Assembly: GCF_006345805.1 (NCBI RefSeq) | Contig: NC_042998.1 | Coordinates: 194,928,001 to 194,992,000, forward strand | Length of the DNA stretch: 64,000 bases | DNA from: Octopus sinensis | Lineage: Eukaryota | Direction: 5' to 3' | In this document: piece by piece, positions 13,115-26,800 of the stretch | Layout of the letters: each line of letters starts with the position of its first letter | How positions within the stretch are numbered: the first letter of the stretch is position 1 | Notes under the pieces: generated by a model | Told to the model about the DNA's origin: nothing | The model's database searches: none | The model's input: the letters and a program-made list of their open reading frames with translations, nothing else | Position numbers and translations under genes: made by a program

Positions 13115-16100
13115 AATACCTATTTCTTTACAACCCACAAGGGGCTAAACACAGAGGGGACAAACAAGGACAGACAAACGGACTAAATCGATTATATCGA
13201 CCCCAGTGCGTAACTGGTACTTATTTAATCGACCCCGAAAGGAAGAAAGGTAAAGTCGACCTCGGCGGAATTTGAACTCAGAACGTAACGGCAGACGAAA
13301 TACCTATTTCTTTACTACCCACAAGGGGCTAAACACAGAGGGGACAAACAAGGACAGACAAACGGACTAAATCGATTATATCGACCCCAGTGCGTAACTG
13401 GTACTTATTTAATCTATCCCGAAAGGATGAAAGGTAAAGTCGACCTCGGCGGAATTTGAACTCAGAACGTAACGGCAGACGAAATACCTATTTCTTTACA
13501 ACCCACAAGGGGCTAAACACAGAGGGGACAAACAAGGACAGACAAACGGACTAAATCGATTATATCGATCCCAGTGCGTAACTGGTACTTATTTAATCTA
13601 TCCCGAAAGGATGAAAGGTAAAGTCGACCTCGGCGGAATTTGAACTCAGAACGTAACGGCAGACGAAATACCTATTTCTTTACAACCCACAAGGGGCTAA
13701 ACACAGAGGGGACGAACAAGGACAGACAAACGGACTAAATCGATTATATCGACCCCAGTGCGTAACTGGTACTTATTTAATCGACCCCGAAAGGATGAAA
13801 GGTAAAGTCGACCTCGGCGGAATTTGAACTCAGAACGTAACGGCAGACGAAATACCTATTTCTTTACTACCCACAAGGGGCTAAACACAGAGGGGACAAA
13901 CAAGGACAGACAAACGGACTAAATCGATTATATCGATCCCAGTGCGTAACTGGTACTTATTTAATCTATCCCGAAAGGATGAAAGGTAAAGTCGACCTCG
14001 GCGGAATTTGAACTCAGAACGTAACGGCAGACGAAATACCTATTTCTTTACTACCCACAAGGGGCTAAACACAGAGGGGACAAACAAGGACAGACAAACG
14101 GACTAAATCGATTATATCGACCCCAGTGCGTAACTGGTACTTATTTAATCTATCCCGAAAGGATGAAAGGTAAAGTCGACCTCGGCGGAATTTGAACTCA
14201 GAACGTAACGGCAGACGAAATACCTATTTCTTTACTACCCACAAGGGGCTAAACACAGAGGGGACAAACAAGGACAGACAACGGACTAAATCGATTATAT
14301 CGATCCCAGTGCGTAACTGGTACTTATTTATCTATCCCGAAAGGATGAAGGTAAAGTCGACCTCGGCGGAATTTGAACTCAGAACGTAACGGCAGACGAA
14401 ATACCTATTTCTTTACTACTCACAAGGGGCTAAACACAGAGGGGACAAACAAGGACAGACAAACGGACTAAATCGATTATATCGATCCAGTGCGTAACTG
14501 GTACTTATTTAATCTATCCCGAAAGGATGAAGGTAAAGTCGACCTCGGCGGAATTTGAACTCAGACGTAACGGCAGACGAAATACCTATTTCTTTACACC
14601 CACAAGGGGCTATACACAGAGGGGACAAACAAGGACAGACAAACGGACTAAATCGATTATATCGATCCCAGTGCGTAACTGGTACTTATTTAATCTATCC
14701 CGAAAGGATGAAAGGTAAAGTCGACCTCGGCGGAATTTGAACTCAGAACGTAACGGCAGACGAAATACCTATTTCTTTACACCCACAAGGGGCTAAACAC
14801 AGAGGGGACAAACAAGGACAGACAAACGGACTAAATCGATTATATCGACCCCAGTGCGTAACTGGTACTTATTTAATCTATCCCGAAAGGATGAAAGGTA
14901 AAGTCGACCTCGGCGGAATTTGAACTCAGAACGTAACGGCAGACGAATACCTATTTCTTTACAACCCACAAGGGGCTAAACACAGAGGGGACAAACAAGG
15001 ACAGACAACGGACTAAATCGATTATATCGACCCCAGTGCGTAACTGGTACTTATTTAATCTATCCCGAAGGATGAAAGGTAAAGTCGACCTCGGCGAATT
15101 TGAACTCAGAACGTAACGGCAGACGAAATACCTATTTCTTTACTACCCACAAGGGGCTAAACACAGAGGGGACAAACAAGGACAGACAAACGGACTAAAT
15201 CGATTATATCGACCCCAGTGCGTAACTGGTACTTATTTAATCTATCCCGAAAGGATGAAAGGTAAAGTCGACCTCGGCGGAATTTGAACTCAGAACGTAA
15301 CGGCAGACGAAATACCTATTTCTTTACTACCCACAAGAGGCTAAACACAGAGGGGACAAACAAGGACAGACAAACGGACTAAATCGATTATATCGACCCC
15401 AGTGCGTAACTGGTACTTATTTAATCTATCCCGAAAGGATGAAAGGTAAAGTCGACCTCGGCGGAATTTGAACTCAGAACGTAACGGCAGACGAAATACC
15501 TATTTCTTTACAACCCACAAGGGGCTAAACACAGAGGGGACAAACAAGGACAGACAAACGGACTAAATCGATTATATCGATCCCAGTGCGTAACTGGTAC
15601 TTATTTAATCTATCCCGAAAGGATGAAAGGTAAAGTCGACCTCGGCGGAATTTGAACTCAGAACGTAACGGCAGACGAATACCTATTTCTTTACAAGCCA
15701 CAAGGGGCTAAACACAGAGGGGGACAAACAAGGACAGACAAACGGACTAAATCGATTATATCGATCCCAGTGCGTAACTGGTACTTATTTAATCTATCCC
15801 GAAAGGATGAAAGGTAAAGTCGACCTCGGCGGAATTGAACTCAGAACGTAACGGCAGACGAAATACCTATTTCTTTACAACCCACAAGGGGCTATACACA
15901 GAGGGGACAACAAGGACAGACAAACGGACTAAATCGATTATATCGACCCCAGTGCGTACTGGTACTTATTTAATCTATCCCGAAAGGATGAAAGGTAAAG
16001 TCGACCTCGGCGGAATTTGAACTCAGAACGTAACGGCAGACGAATACCTATTTCTTTACTACCCACAAGGGGCTAAACCAGAGGGGACAAACAAGGACAG

Positions 16101-16418
16101 ACAAACGGACTAAATCGATTATATCGATCCCAGTGCGTAACTGGTACTTATTTAATCTATCCCGAAAGGATGAAAGGTAAAGTCGACCTCGGCGGAATTT
16201 GAACTCAGAACGTAACGGCAGACGAAATACCTATTTCTTTACTACCCACAAGGGGCTAAACACAGAGGGGACAAACAAGGACAGACAAACGGACTAAATC
16301 GATTATATCGACCCCAGTGCGTAACTGGTACTTATTTAATCTATCCCGAAAGGATGAAAGGTAAAGTCGACCTCGGCGGAATTTGAACTCAGAACGTAAC
16401 GGCAGACGAAATACCTAT
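13115..16418 (-). repeat. SINE-C-derived satellite, 18 head-to-tail units of ~184 bp
   Basis: AATACCTATTTC unit starts at 13115, 13299, 13483, 13667, 13851, 14035, 14219, 14400, 14581, 14764, 14946, 15127, 15311, 15495, 15678, 15862, 16043 and 16226. Reverse complement of the SINE C body. Confidence 0.97.
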
Positions 16419-16686
16419 CACCTCGAAACGTAAAAGATATTTTTCTATTCCTGAGCGTTATACTAATACATCTGTTTGTTTTGTACACCACCTGTCTTCG
16501 TCTTTTGTTAATTTTCGTAAACTCTCCCTATATATATATATATATATACATGTATAGAACAAATAAGAGAAATGAGATGAGAGAGTCGATGTTTATTGCA
16601 TTCGTTTACAGGTGTTTCATAATCTTGTTAGTTATGTTATATAATAGATATTACATCAACATTAACACGCACATGAAGCGTACATT

Positions 16687-16739
<53 letters not shown>

Positions 16740-16770
16740 GAAAGTTGGTTTGTGAAAGCACGTGGGTAAA

Positions 16771-17116
16771 TATATAGAAAGTAGTAAAGAGTGAAAAAAC
16801 GACAGAAGGCTTAAATGTTAAAACATATATATTTGCGTCAATATGTCTGAAGAATATTAGAAAATTAAAAAAAAAATTTTTTCTCTTATAATGACCGAAT
16901 TTAAAAGAAAGACCGGTTTCGCGTGTAGCTTTTCAAATTTCTTGTCACAAGAAATTTGAAAAGCTACACGCGAAACCGGTCTTTCTTTTAAATTATGTCA
17001 TTATAAGAGAAAAAAATTTTTAAAAAAAATTTTCTAATATTCTTCAGACATATTGACGCAAATATATATATGTTTTAACATTTAAGCCTTCTGTCGTTTT
17101 TTCACTCTTTACTACT

Positions 17117-17125
<9 letters not shown>
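16771..17125. repeat. ~355-bp near-perfect palindrome (arms ~175 bp, centre at 16946)
   Basis: ...GACCGGTTTCGCGTGTAGCTTTTCAAATTTCTTGT-C-ACAAGAAATTTGAAAAGCTACACGCGAAACCGGTC... Confidence 0.95.
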
Positions 17126-17180
<55 letters not shown>

Positions 17181-17412
17181 ATGCGCGTATGAATACCCGT
17201 ATATGCTGAGAAAAGAACTAGCAGAGTGAACATCAGAACGATTCAACAGTAGTTGAAAATATTAAAGGAAGGTGATTATAAATATTTACAAATATTTACC
17301 GATACAGTGATCTTTGTGAATATTTATGAATGAAGTATTTTGCCAAGGCGGTGAAATTTGTCAAGATCTTTTACCGTTTCAGGCGGTACAGAGAGAGGGA
17401 GAGTGAGTGAGT

Positions 17413-17489
<77 letters not shown>

Positions 17490-17491
<2 letters not shown>

Positions 17492-17900
17492 CATAGATGT
17501 TTCTGGAAAAAAATAAGTCTTTGTAAGTCGTGGATGAATGGGGTATGTATGGGATCATGTGATTTAATTTTAGAAGTCCAGACAAAGCTTCATCAAGATT
17601 CGTTAGAAGCTTGGGCATTGCTCGGCTTTGCTCTAGCATAACACCACCAGTAATCTATCAAGTTTTTTGCAGACCGTTAGTTAAAGCCAAACAATGTTTG
17701 TGGACATTTTTAAAGCTGTTATTGAGAGGTTTCATCGTTTTGGTTGCCGTTAATATCTTTGGGATGAGGACCCTAAGTTTTCTGAATTTCACTTATCTTA
17801 GAAGTATGAAACCGCTCCCTGAAATTTTTCACTTTCAGATAAATAGTCTTCGATTGTTGATCACAGTGTACCTTTGATACTTGGCGTCTGTCATAGAGCA
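17490..17900 (-). mobile_element. Very decayed mariner-like transposase remnant
   Basis: Weak similarity of GGVMLEQSRAMP...YIPHSSTTYKDLFF to the LHDNARPH...HPPYSPDL region. Confidence 0.3.
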
Positions 17901-18054
17901 ATATCTCTTTTCACATTCCGTGTTTATTCTAAATTTAAAACACGCACACACGCACATATGCAGAAAGATAGATAGATAGAAAATGTGACCACGTGTGTAC
18001 CGTTGGCGATTTTTTCCCTCTGTCTTCCCTTCTCTGGATCTTTCCTTCTCCTAT

Positions 18055-18089
18055 GTTTCCGACGAAGAGCTCCGCTCGAAACGTTAAAC
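18055..18089 (+). ncRNA. Minimal Penelope-type hammerhead-like motif (U4C variant)
   Basis: GTTT-CCGACGA-A-GAGC(tcc)GCTC-GAAAC-GTT-AAAC: stem I GUUU/AAAC, stem II 4 bp, loopless palindromic stem III. Confidence 0.5.
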
Positions 18090-18459
18090 CCTCCTTCTTT
18101 CCTTCTTTCCTGAGCGTCCAATAATACTATATTTGTTCCACGTCCTCGCGTTGTTGTGTTTTTTTGTGCTTTCATGTTTGGATTAACTTTAGATAGATAG
18201 ATAGATATATGAGAAAATAAAGATTCCATTGTCCTCCTGTTGTACACTTAAATATCATTGGTTTAAACTGTCAGAAATTCGCCAATATCTTAGGTGGAAA
18301 GGAGTTTAACCTAGATGAACCGATTTTACCTGCAGTCACAGTCACCTTATTCAGATAGGTACTTATTGGTGCTATATGAGAAACAAATGGGTAAGCTTCT
18401 TTCTGTCAGCTACAAGCTGTATTTCGCAGCCTCTCTCTTTCGCTACCCCCTTTCTCTCT

Positions 18460-18522
<63 letters not shown>

Positions 18523-18609
18523 TGTAAGTCTCTTTGTTTTTCCAAAAAACTTTCCATCCCATCCAGGAAACGAGGCAGCTTGGAATTAAGGACGGTGAAT
18601 GTGTCTGAG

Positions 18610-19830
18610 GCTCAGAAGCAAAGTTGCCTTCTCTTCGTTAATGACCGATCCACAGGTACCCGTTTCCTTCTTGATGTTGGTGGTACCGAAGTTAGCATTA
18701 TATCAGTGTTGCTAACACTATTCACCTGAAAACTTGCACCAATTCTCTTGTAAGCAGTTAACCATTCTCCGATTCTAATATCACCGTGCAACAAATTTCA
18801 GGCTAAAAAAAAAGTACAAGTCAAGTAAGACTTGTTTCTGGGTAAAAAAATTGTCCTGATTCTGATTCTGACCTTCATTTCTCCAGATTAGGCACCGTTT
18901 TCCTGTACCATGAACCATATGTTTTATAATATACTGCATAATATTGCGTATTGAACACAACATTGCAAATACTGAAAATTACAAAAAACAAAACAAAAAT
19001 TTAGTTGGTATAACAAAACATATATTGGTTATGAACACACCTATCAGTTTAAACAACTTTTGTCCTTCTAAGCCTCTTGTGCGAAGTGTAATCTTCTTTT
19101 TTTATACCCCATCAGTTGTCTGCCGACATACCAGGGTTCCATTTTCCTTTGAATCATCGCTCCGTCACTGAAATATTCTGATGGAATCTTCCGCCATATT
19201 CATCACTCACATTACCAAGATTTTCCGCAAAAAAATCCAAATGAGAATGAAGCACATGAACTTTTAGAGACGTTACATCCCATATCATGATACCAGGCAC
19301 TCAATGTCTTCACACATCTAAGGCAACACACATAAGACGTCCATGACTTATCCTGGTCTCCTAAGTAATTCTTCATCCTTGAAATTCCAGCTGGTGCCCT
19401 TACCATATTTAGCGTGCCATCTCTAACGGTCATGAAGACTTGTATATACCACAAAAGCATCGACGTCAGTTTTTTTGCCACTTTGCTTATCACATCCTGG
19501 TATCAACTGAAAACAGAAATTGACATCGTTTTTGTATGGGCTTGTGTCAAAACGGACATCCGTGAATGTACCAGGAGTTGCGCTGCATGTTAAGTTGCCT
19601 CTTGGCACTTTTACAAAACCGAACGTACGTTTCCATCAGGTGCTTATCAACATCATGGGGCCACTACTTCCTTCTCAGAATTGTACGTATCTTTTAATTG
19701 GCATTGACCGATTCTGCGAGAGCCTGATACTTCAGCGGAATCTGTTTCCAAATCTCTGGTACTTCGTTGGATATGGCGTTTTGTTATATCCACAAGAATC
19801 ACAACGGACATCAACTCCTTAAGTCTTCAC
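18610..19830 (+). mobile_element. Degenerate, internally deleted Ty3/Gypsy pol remnant (protease and integrase)
   Basis: LLFVNDRSTGTRFLLDVGGTEVSII (protease, DTGAEVS-like); FVWACVKTDIRECTRSCAAC (integrase zinc finger); RFHQVLINIMGPLLPSQNCTYLLIGIDRF (integrase core). Confidence 0.75.
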
Positions 19831-19940
19831 CAGTCTGGGAGTTCAATAAGAGTGTACGCATATAATCGATTCAACATCAACGTCATTGAGATATCTACTC
19901 AAAGTATAATGATATATGTAATCTGATCCGATAATCTGTT

Positions 19941-20582
19941 TGAAGAAGAACTTTTTTTGTTTCGGGTAGGAATGATTAAAGATGTTTTATTTAGATCCAT
20001 GTCTATTTTTATCAAGCAAACTTAGGATCAAAAAGCATCACAACCGTGACGATACTCTTTCGGTTTTCTCAGACATGGAGTATTTAGGATTACGTAATCC
20101 AATGTATCTTTCGTTTTAAAGACGATATGTTGAGATTTGAGGGAGATTTCGTTTCTCTAATTCTAATTGGTCGTTTGACTTGCTAGAAATGGAAACAAAA
20201 AATCAATTAAATCACTATCCTTAAAAATAGGGAAGAACACTTTGGACAATGAAGTCCTAATCTGAAGAAGAATTTTTTTTTGTTTCGGGTAGGAAAGATT
20301 AAAGATGTTTTATTTAGATCCATGTCTATTTTGATCAAGCAAACTTAGGATCAAAAAGCATCACAACCGTGGCGATACCCTTTCGGTTTTCTCAGACATG
20401 GAGTATTTAAGATTACGTAATCCAATGTATCTTTCGTTTTAAAGACGATAGGTTGAGATTTGAGGGAGATTTCGTTTCTCTAATTCTAATTGGTCGTTTG
20501 ACTTGCTAGAAATGGAAACAAAAAATCAATTAAATCACTATCCTTAAAAATAGGGAAGAACACTTTGGACAATGAAGTCCTA
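19941..20582. repeat. 322-bp tandem duplication inside a possible decayed PLE RT (minus strand)
   Basis: Units start at 19941 and 20263. Minus-strand peptides KFFFKQIIG...SRYLNDV weakly resemble PLE RT. Confidence 0.75.
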
Positions 20583-21875
20583 GATACATTGTGTTTGAAA
20601 AAAAAAAGACAATGGTTACGGCCTGGGACTTAAACAAGAACCGCAGTAGCAGCGAGAACAAGAATAACAGCAGCAGCAGCAACAACAACAACGATAACAA
20701 CAACAACAACAACAACAACAATAAGAACAGCAACATCAACAACAACAACAATGTGTTTTTTTTTGAAAGACATCTTTATAAATAATTCCATCTCAAACTT
20801 GAAGCCCTCTGACATTCTGGTTGTGGTTTTATTAATCTTCCCAAAAGTCAAGCGGAAACTCAAGTCTTAAAATCCCCACCAAGCTGGGAGTATCTTCAAA
20901 GGTTATGAGTACCTCGTCGTTGTCGTCCTCCTCCTCCTCCTTGATTACGTTTAACGTGGTTGATGTGCTTTACTAATTAAATTTACTAATTGAATTTAGT
21001 GATTTATTATGCTGTTGGTAAATTAGTGAAGTCGTCAAAACATCGGGCAAAATGCTTTGCAGTATTTGTGAGTTCAAATACCACAGACGTCAACTTGGCC
21101 TTTCATCCTTTAGCGGTCGATAAATAAAGTGTCAAGTTAGTGCGATAGACTGGCGGAAGTGCTAGAGCGTTGGACGGGATACTTTGCTGTGTATGTCTCA
21201 GCTCTTTGCACTCTGACAGCAATGCCTGGGACAACAAGGATGTCAAACTGTATCGGCAATTGCTTTTTCTTTGGACAGCATTGACGGTATAGAGAAAGGA
21301 AAATTTGCATACAGGGACAACCGTTAGTCTTTCAAAATAACCTTACTCAGGACTGTGTCGGGGAGAGGAACTCTCCAAGTCACGAAACACTCGAAAGCCG
21401 TGGAATATGTTATATGAGAGGACTATTGGCAAGGAAAGCAATCTCAAATTCATCTGTTTTACAGATAATTTTTGATTGTATGACCCCCTTCAGTCACGAC
21501 ATTGACCATGGGATTGCACCTAGAAAGTTACCCTCCGAGGCACAAGTCTGGGCAAGGTTGTTTATGGAAGACCAGCAGGCGCCTCCACTCTAGGAAATAT
21601 AAACGGGAAATAACTAGTTAAATATTGTGTTTCTGAAATATGTGAAGTTTACGTGAAATGGTGTGTTTGGGTATATGAAACACCTGGTCTTTTTCTTTTC
21701 TAATCAACAAATGATTTAAAGTCGACTTATTAGGTTCCAATTCGGGTCCCATATTTTTAAAAACCTGCTTGTTTTAAAAATAGAATTAAAGCTCAGGCGA
21801 CAACAATTTCATCATACAATCTATCTCCATATAAAAATTTGTGTGTGCATATATACATATATGGAGGTGCGTTTC

Positions 21876-21906
<31 letters not shown>

Positions 21907-22028
21907 ATGTGTGTGTTTACTCACAATACACCCACAGACACACGACACATTCACACATACTTAAATGTGAATATACATATAAATATGCACATACACAAAT
22001 ATATGCATATAATAAATACATAAGTTCG

Positions 22029-22094
<66 letters not shown>

Positions 22095-22400
22095 TGTATG
22101 TACGCATTTCAAAGACCCTGTGATTATATAACATTGTGATCAAGTGTTTTCATTTTCTCTCCCCGACACTTGCTTTGCGCCCGAGCCACGTTCACTTTCA
22201 ACGCCCACCATTGTCACATAATTCTAGTATTTAGGTATTGGTGGGTTCGGACCAGTGGAGGAATGGTTTCACGGGGCTGATCGTGGGAAGGGACACATGA
22301 TAAACAATTTCAAGAGATCCTAACAATGAGTCTTCTAGCTATCTTTTTAATCAACACGCCCCCTTTCTTTGCGTTTCAAAACCCGTGCATTTGCAATAAC

Positions 22401-22451
<51 letters not shown>

Positions 22452-22845
22452 CTCTATCTCTCTATCTATCTATCTCTATCTATCTATCTATCTCCCTCTG
22501 TGTCTAGCCCTGTGAGGCCAATAAAGAAAGTTATCTATCTATCTATCTTTCTATCTATCACTTTCTAGTTCATAGTACAGTAACCCTACATATCAGCCCT
22601 AAGTATATATAAATAAGGCTTAAATTCTTTCTTCCCAAATACTTTCTCTTGCACATTGGAAGAATGAGCGAATCGACTTGCAAGTAAGTTATACCTGTTC
22701 TTTCATCTGTCCAATTACTCGTTTCTCAATACATCACACATACAGGTGTGTAGGTGTGTGCATATAGGCATATTATGTGTACACACACATACACACATGC
22801 ACAACACATATACAGACATAAATATTTGCACATATATGCGGTGTG

Positions 22846-22956
<111 letters not shown>

Positions 22957-23013
22957 GTCTGTCTGTCTGTCAGCCTGTCTGTCTGCCTACCCTCATTTCT
23001 CTCTATCTCACTC

Positions 23014-23051
<38 letters not shown>

Positions 23052-23111
23052 TATATATAATATATATTATTATATTATTATATATATATATATAATATAT
23101 ATTATATATAT

Positions 23112-23143
<32 letters not shown>

Positions 23144-23361
23144 AAATTTAAAAAAACACCTTTTATCAATTCAAAATAAACATTAAATTACACAATCTAG
23201 AAAATTACATATAATAGAAATATTAAAATTAAAATAACAATAAATACCAATGATTAAGTAATTGCAAAATCATAGGTATTTTATTGTTATTTTAATTTTA
23301 ATATTTCTTTTAATTTAATTGTTCATTTTGAAATGATAAATTGTTTTTTTTTCTAATTTCT

Positions 23362-23397
<36 letters not shown>

Positions 23398-23482
23398 ATC
23401 ATCATCATTGTGTGAAATTTGATTTAGTATTCCTAAACTGAATTTTTTCCCTGTAAGTTAGGATTAATATTCCCTCAAATAA

Positions 23483-23540
<58 letters not shown>

Positions 23541-23668
23541 ATATCACTGTGATCACCGTCACCGTGACCGACCAGGCTATCAGATGTTGCTACACATCGC
23601 TGGTCACATGCGCTTCGCATTGTTTTAGCCTTTAAATGACGCCACCCCGCTGGCTAAGCGAGCAGGCC

Positions 23669-23714
<46 letters not shown>

Positions 23715-23744
23715 TTATATATATATATAATATACATATATGTG

Positions 23745-24035
23745 ACCGACCAGTCCATCAGATGTAGTTACACATCGCTGGTCACAATGCGTTCGCATTG
23801 TTTTAGCCTTCGAATGACGCCACCCCTTTGTGTGTGCATATATACATATACAGAGGAAATAGTGTGAGAAAGAGTGGTGAAAGAGTACAGCAGGGATCAC
23901 CACCCCTGCCGGAGACTCGTGGAGCTTTCAGGTGTTTTCGCTCAATAAACACTCACAACGCCCGGTCTGGGAATCGAAACCGCGATCCTACGACCGCGAG
24001 TCCGTTGCCTTAACCACTGGGTCATTGCGCCTCCG
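23745..24035 (-). mobile_element. SINE family B2 (fragmented; extra tail copy at 23545-23670)
   Basis: Reverse complement of the B head and the B2 tail. Confidence 0.8.
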
Positions 24036-24078
<43 letters not shown>

Positions 24079-24081
24079 GTG

Positions 24082-24142
<61 letters not shown>

Positions 24143-24171
24143 GTGTGTGTGCGTGTGCGTGTGTGTGTGTG

Positions 24172-24420
24172 TGGAGGCGCGTAGCTTAGTGGTTAGTGTG
24201 TCAGTATCATGATCGTAAGATTGTGGTTTCGATTCCTGAACCGGGCTATGCGTTGTGTTCGTAAGCAAAACACTTCGTTTCACGTTGCTCCAGTCCACTC
24301 AGCTGGCAAAAATGAGTAAGGCTGCGATGGACTGGCATCCCGTCCAGCTGGAGAACACATACGCCATTGAAACCGGGAAACCGGGCCCATGAACATGGCT
24401 AGGCTTTAAAAGGGCACATT
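24172..24420 (+). mobile_element. tRNA-derived SINE family E
   Basis: GGAGGCGCGTAGCTTAGTGGTTAG head, B-box-like GGTTTCGATTCC, core TTGCTCCAGTCCACTCAGCTGGCAAAAATGAGT. Confidence 0.75.
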
Positions 24421-24444
24421 TATTTATTTAAAAAAAAATATATA

Positions 24445-24858
24445 TATTCTTTTATTCTTTTACTTGTTTCAGTCATTTGACAGCGGCCATGCTAGAGCAC
24501 CGCTTTTAGTCGAGCAAATTGACCCCAGGACTTATTCTTTGCAAGCCTAGTACTTATTCTATTGATCTCTTTTGCCGAACCGCTAAGTTACGGGGACGTA
24601 AACACACCGGCATCGGTTGTCAAGTGATGTTGGGTGGACAAACACACACACACACAAACATATACACACACATACATATAAATATACATATATACGACGG
24701 ACTTCTTTCAGTTTCCGTCTACCAAATCCACTCACAGGGCTTTGGTCGGTCCGAGGCTATTGTAGAAGACACTTGCCCAAGGTGTCACGCAGTGGGACTG
24801 AACCCGGAACCATGTGGTTGGTAAGCAAGCCACTTACCACACAGCCGCTCCTGTGCCT
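24445..24858 (-). mobile_element. SINE family A
   Basis: Full-length match to the other family A copies. Confidence 0.85.
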
Positions 24859-24888
24859 TATATCTATCTATCTCTCTCTCTCTCTCTC

Positions 24889-26800
24889 ATGCCTTCGAAA
24901 CATGCCTGACTCCTCTAGCGACAGCTGATGACGGGGGTTTTGTCCTTGTGTAACCTGTCCTGTTTTGGTTTTCGTTTTCCGTTTTCTTGTTTTTTTTTTT
25001 TGGCTTTTCCTGTTTCTACGTCTTATTGTGATGTCCTGTACTTCCGTTAATTATTTATATATGCATGTAATATATACATGTAGATGTAGTACGTACATAA
25101 TGTTTGTATGTATGCATATATTTTTATTTATCTCCTTATTGTCTGACAGCGCCCCGCATCAGGTTCGTTCCGATTCGTCGTTTCGATCCACTTCTTGGTC
25201 CCCTTTTTTTATATTAATATTATTATATGGAAGATGCGGTACTCTCTCCCTTTGCTTTAACCTCTTCAATCTTTCTCCCCCCCCTCCTCCTCTCTCTTCG
25301 CCGCGTGGTCCCCTCCTCCTTCCCTCTTCCTTGCCTATAAAACAAAATTCCTTTACACGTGGTTACCACTATTGAAAAGACTGCCTCCACGCGCTGCTAC
25401 TACACTTTCGTCCTTGCCAGCAAAAAGGCTTCTTCGTTCGTCCCCTTGTGTGGTTAATTTCCTTATAGTATTCTTGTTATTTTCTCGTTTTGTAACTAAT
25501 TGTACTTTTTGTACATGTATTTTTATTTTTGCAGTTTTATTGTTTGTCTATGCCAGAAAAAAGGCTTTTTCGTTCGTCCTCTTGTGTTTGTTTTTGTACA
25601 TGTATTTTAATTTTGCAGTCTTATTGTTACGTCTTGTTTGTGTTCGTACTCATTGTGCCCCGCTGCTTGAAATTTTATTTTAATTCTCTCGCAGGAAGGC
25701 TATTGGATTAGTGTTCTGTTATGCCTTCGAACATGCCTGACTCCTCTAGCGACAGCTGATGACGGGGGTTTTGTCCTTGTGTAACCTGTCCTGTATTTGG
25801 TTTTCGTTTTCCTTTTCTTGTTTTTTGTTTTTTGGCTTTTTCTGTTTCTACGTCTTATTGTGATGTCCTGTACTTCCGTATAATTATTTATATATGCATG
25901 TATATATACTGTAGATGTAGGTACGTACATATATGTTTGTATGTATGCATATATTTTTATTTATCTCCTTATTGTCTGACAGCGCCCCGCATCAGGTTCG
26001 TTCCGATTCGTCGTTTCGATCCACTTCTTGGTCCTTTTTTTATATTAATATTATTATATTGAAGATGCGGTACTCTCTCCCTTTGCTTTAACTCTTCAAT
26101 CTTTCTCCCTCCCCCTCCTCCTCTCTCTTCCTCGCGTGCCCCCTCCTCCTTCCCTCTCCTTGCCCATAAAACAAAATTCCTTTACACGTGGTTACCCATA
26201 GTAAAGACTGCCTCCCGCGCGCTGCTCTACACTTTGTTCCTTGCAGCAAAAAGGCTTCTTCGTTCGTCCCCTTGTGTGGTGTAATTTCCTGTATAGTTTC
26301 TTGTTATTTTCTCGTTTTGTAACTAATTGTACTTTTTGTAACATGTATTTTTATTTTTGCAGTTTTATTGTTTGTCTATGCCAGAAAAAAGGCTTTTTCG
26401 TTCGTCCTCCTTGTGTTTTTGTTTTTGTACATGTATTTTAATTTTGCAGTCTTATTGTTACGTCTTGTTTGTGTTCGTACTCCATTGTGCCCCGCTGCTT
26501 GAAATTTTATTTTAATTCTCTCGCAGAAGGCCTATTGATTAGTGTTCTGTTATGCCTTCGAAACATGCCTGACTCCTCTAGCGACAGCTGATGACGGGGG
26601 TTTTGTCCTTGTGTAACCTGTCCTGTATTTGGTTTTCGTTTTCGTTTTCTTGTTTTTTTTTTTTGGCTTTTTCTGTTTCTACGTCTTATTGTGATTGTCC
26701 TGTACTTCCGTATAATTATTTATATATGCATGTATATATACATGTAGATGTAGGTACGTACATATATGTTTGTATGTATGCATATATTTTTATTTATCTC

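Noticed and set aside
13115-16418. CRISPR-like array or ribozyme array
   Set aside because: Units are near-identical along their full length with no unique spacers and no cas genes; no CUGANGA core on either strand of the unit.
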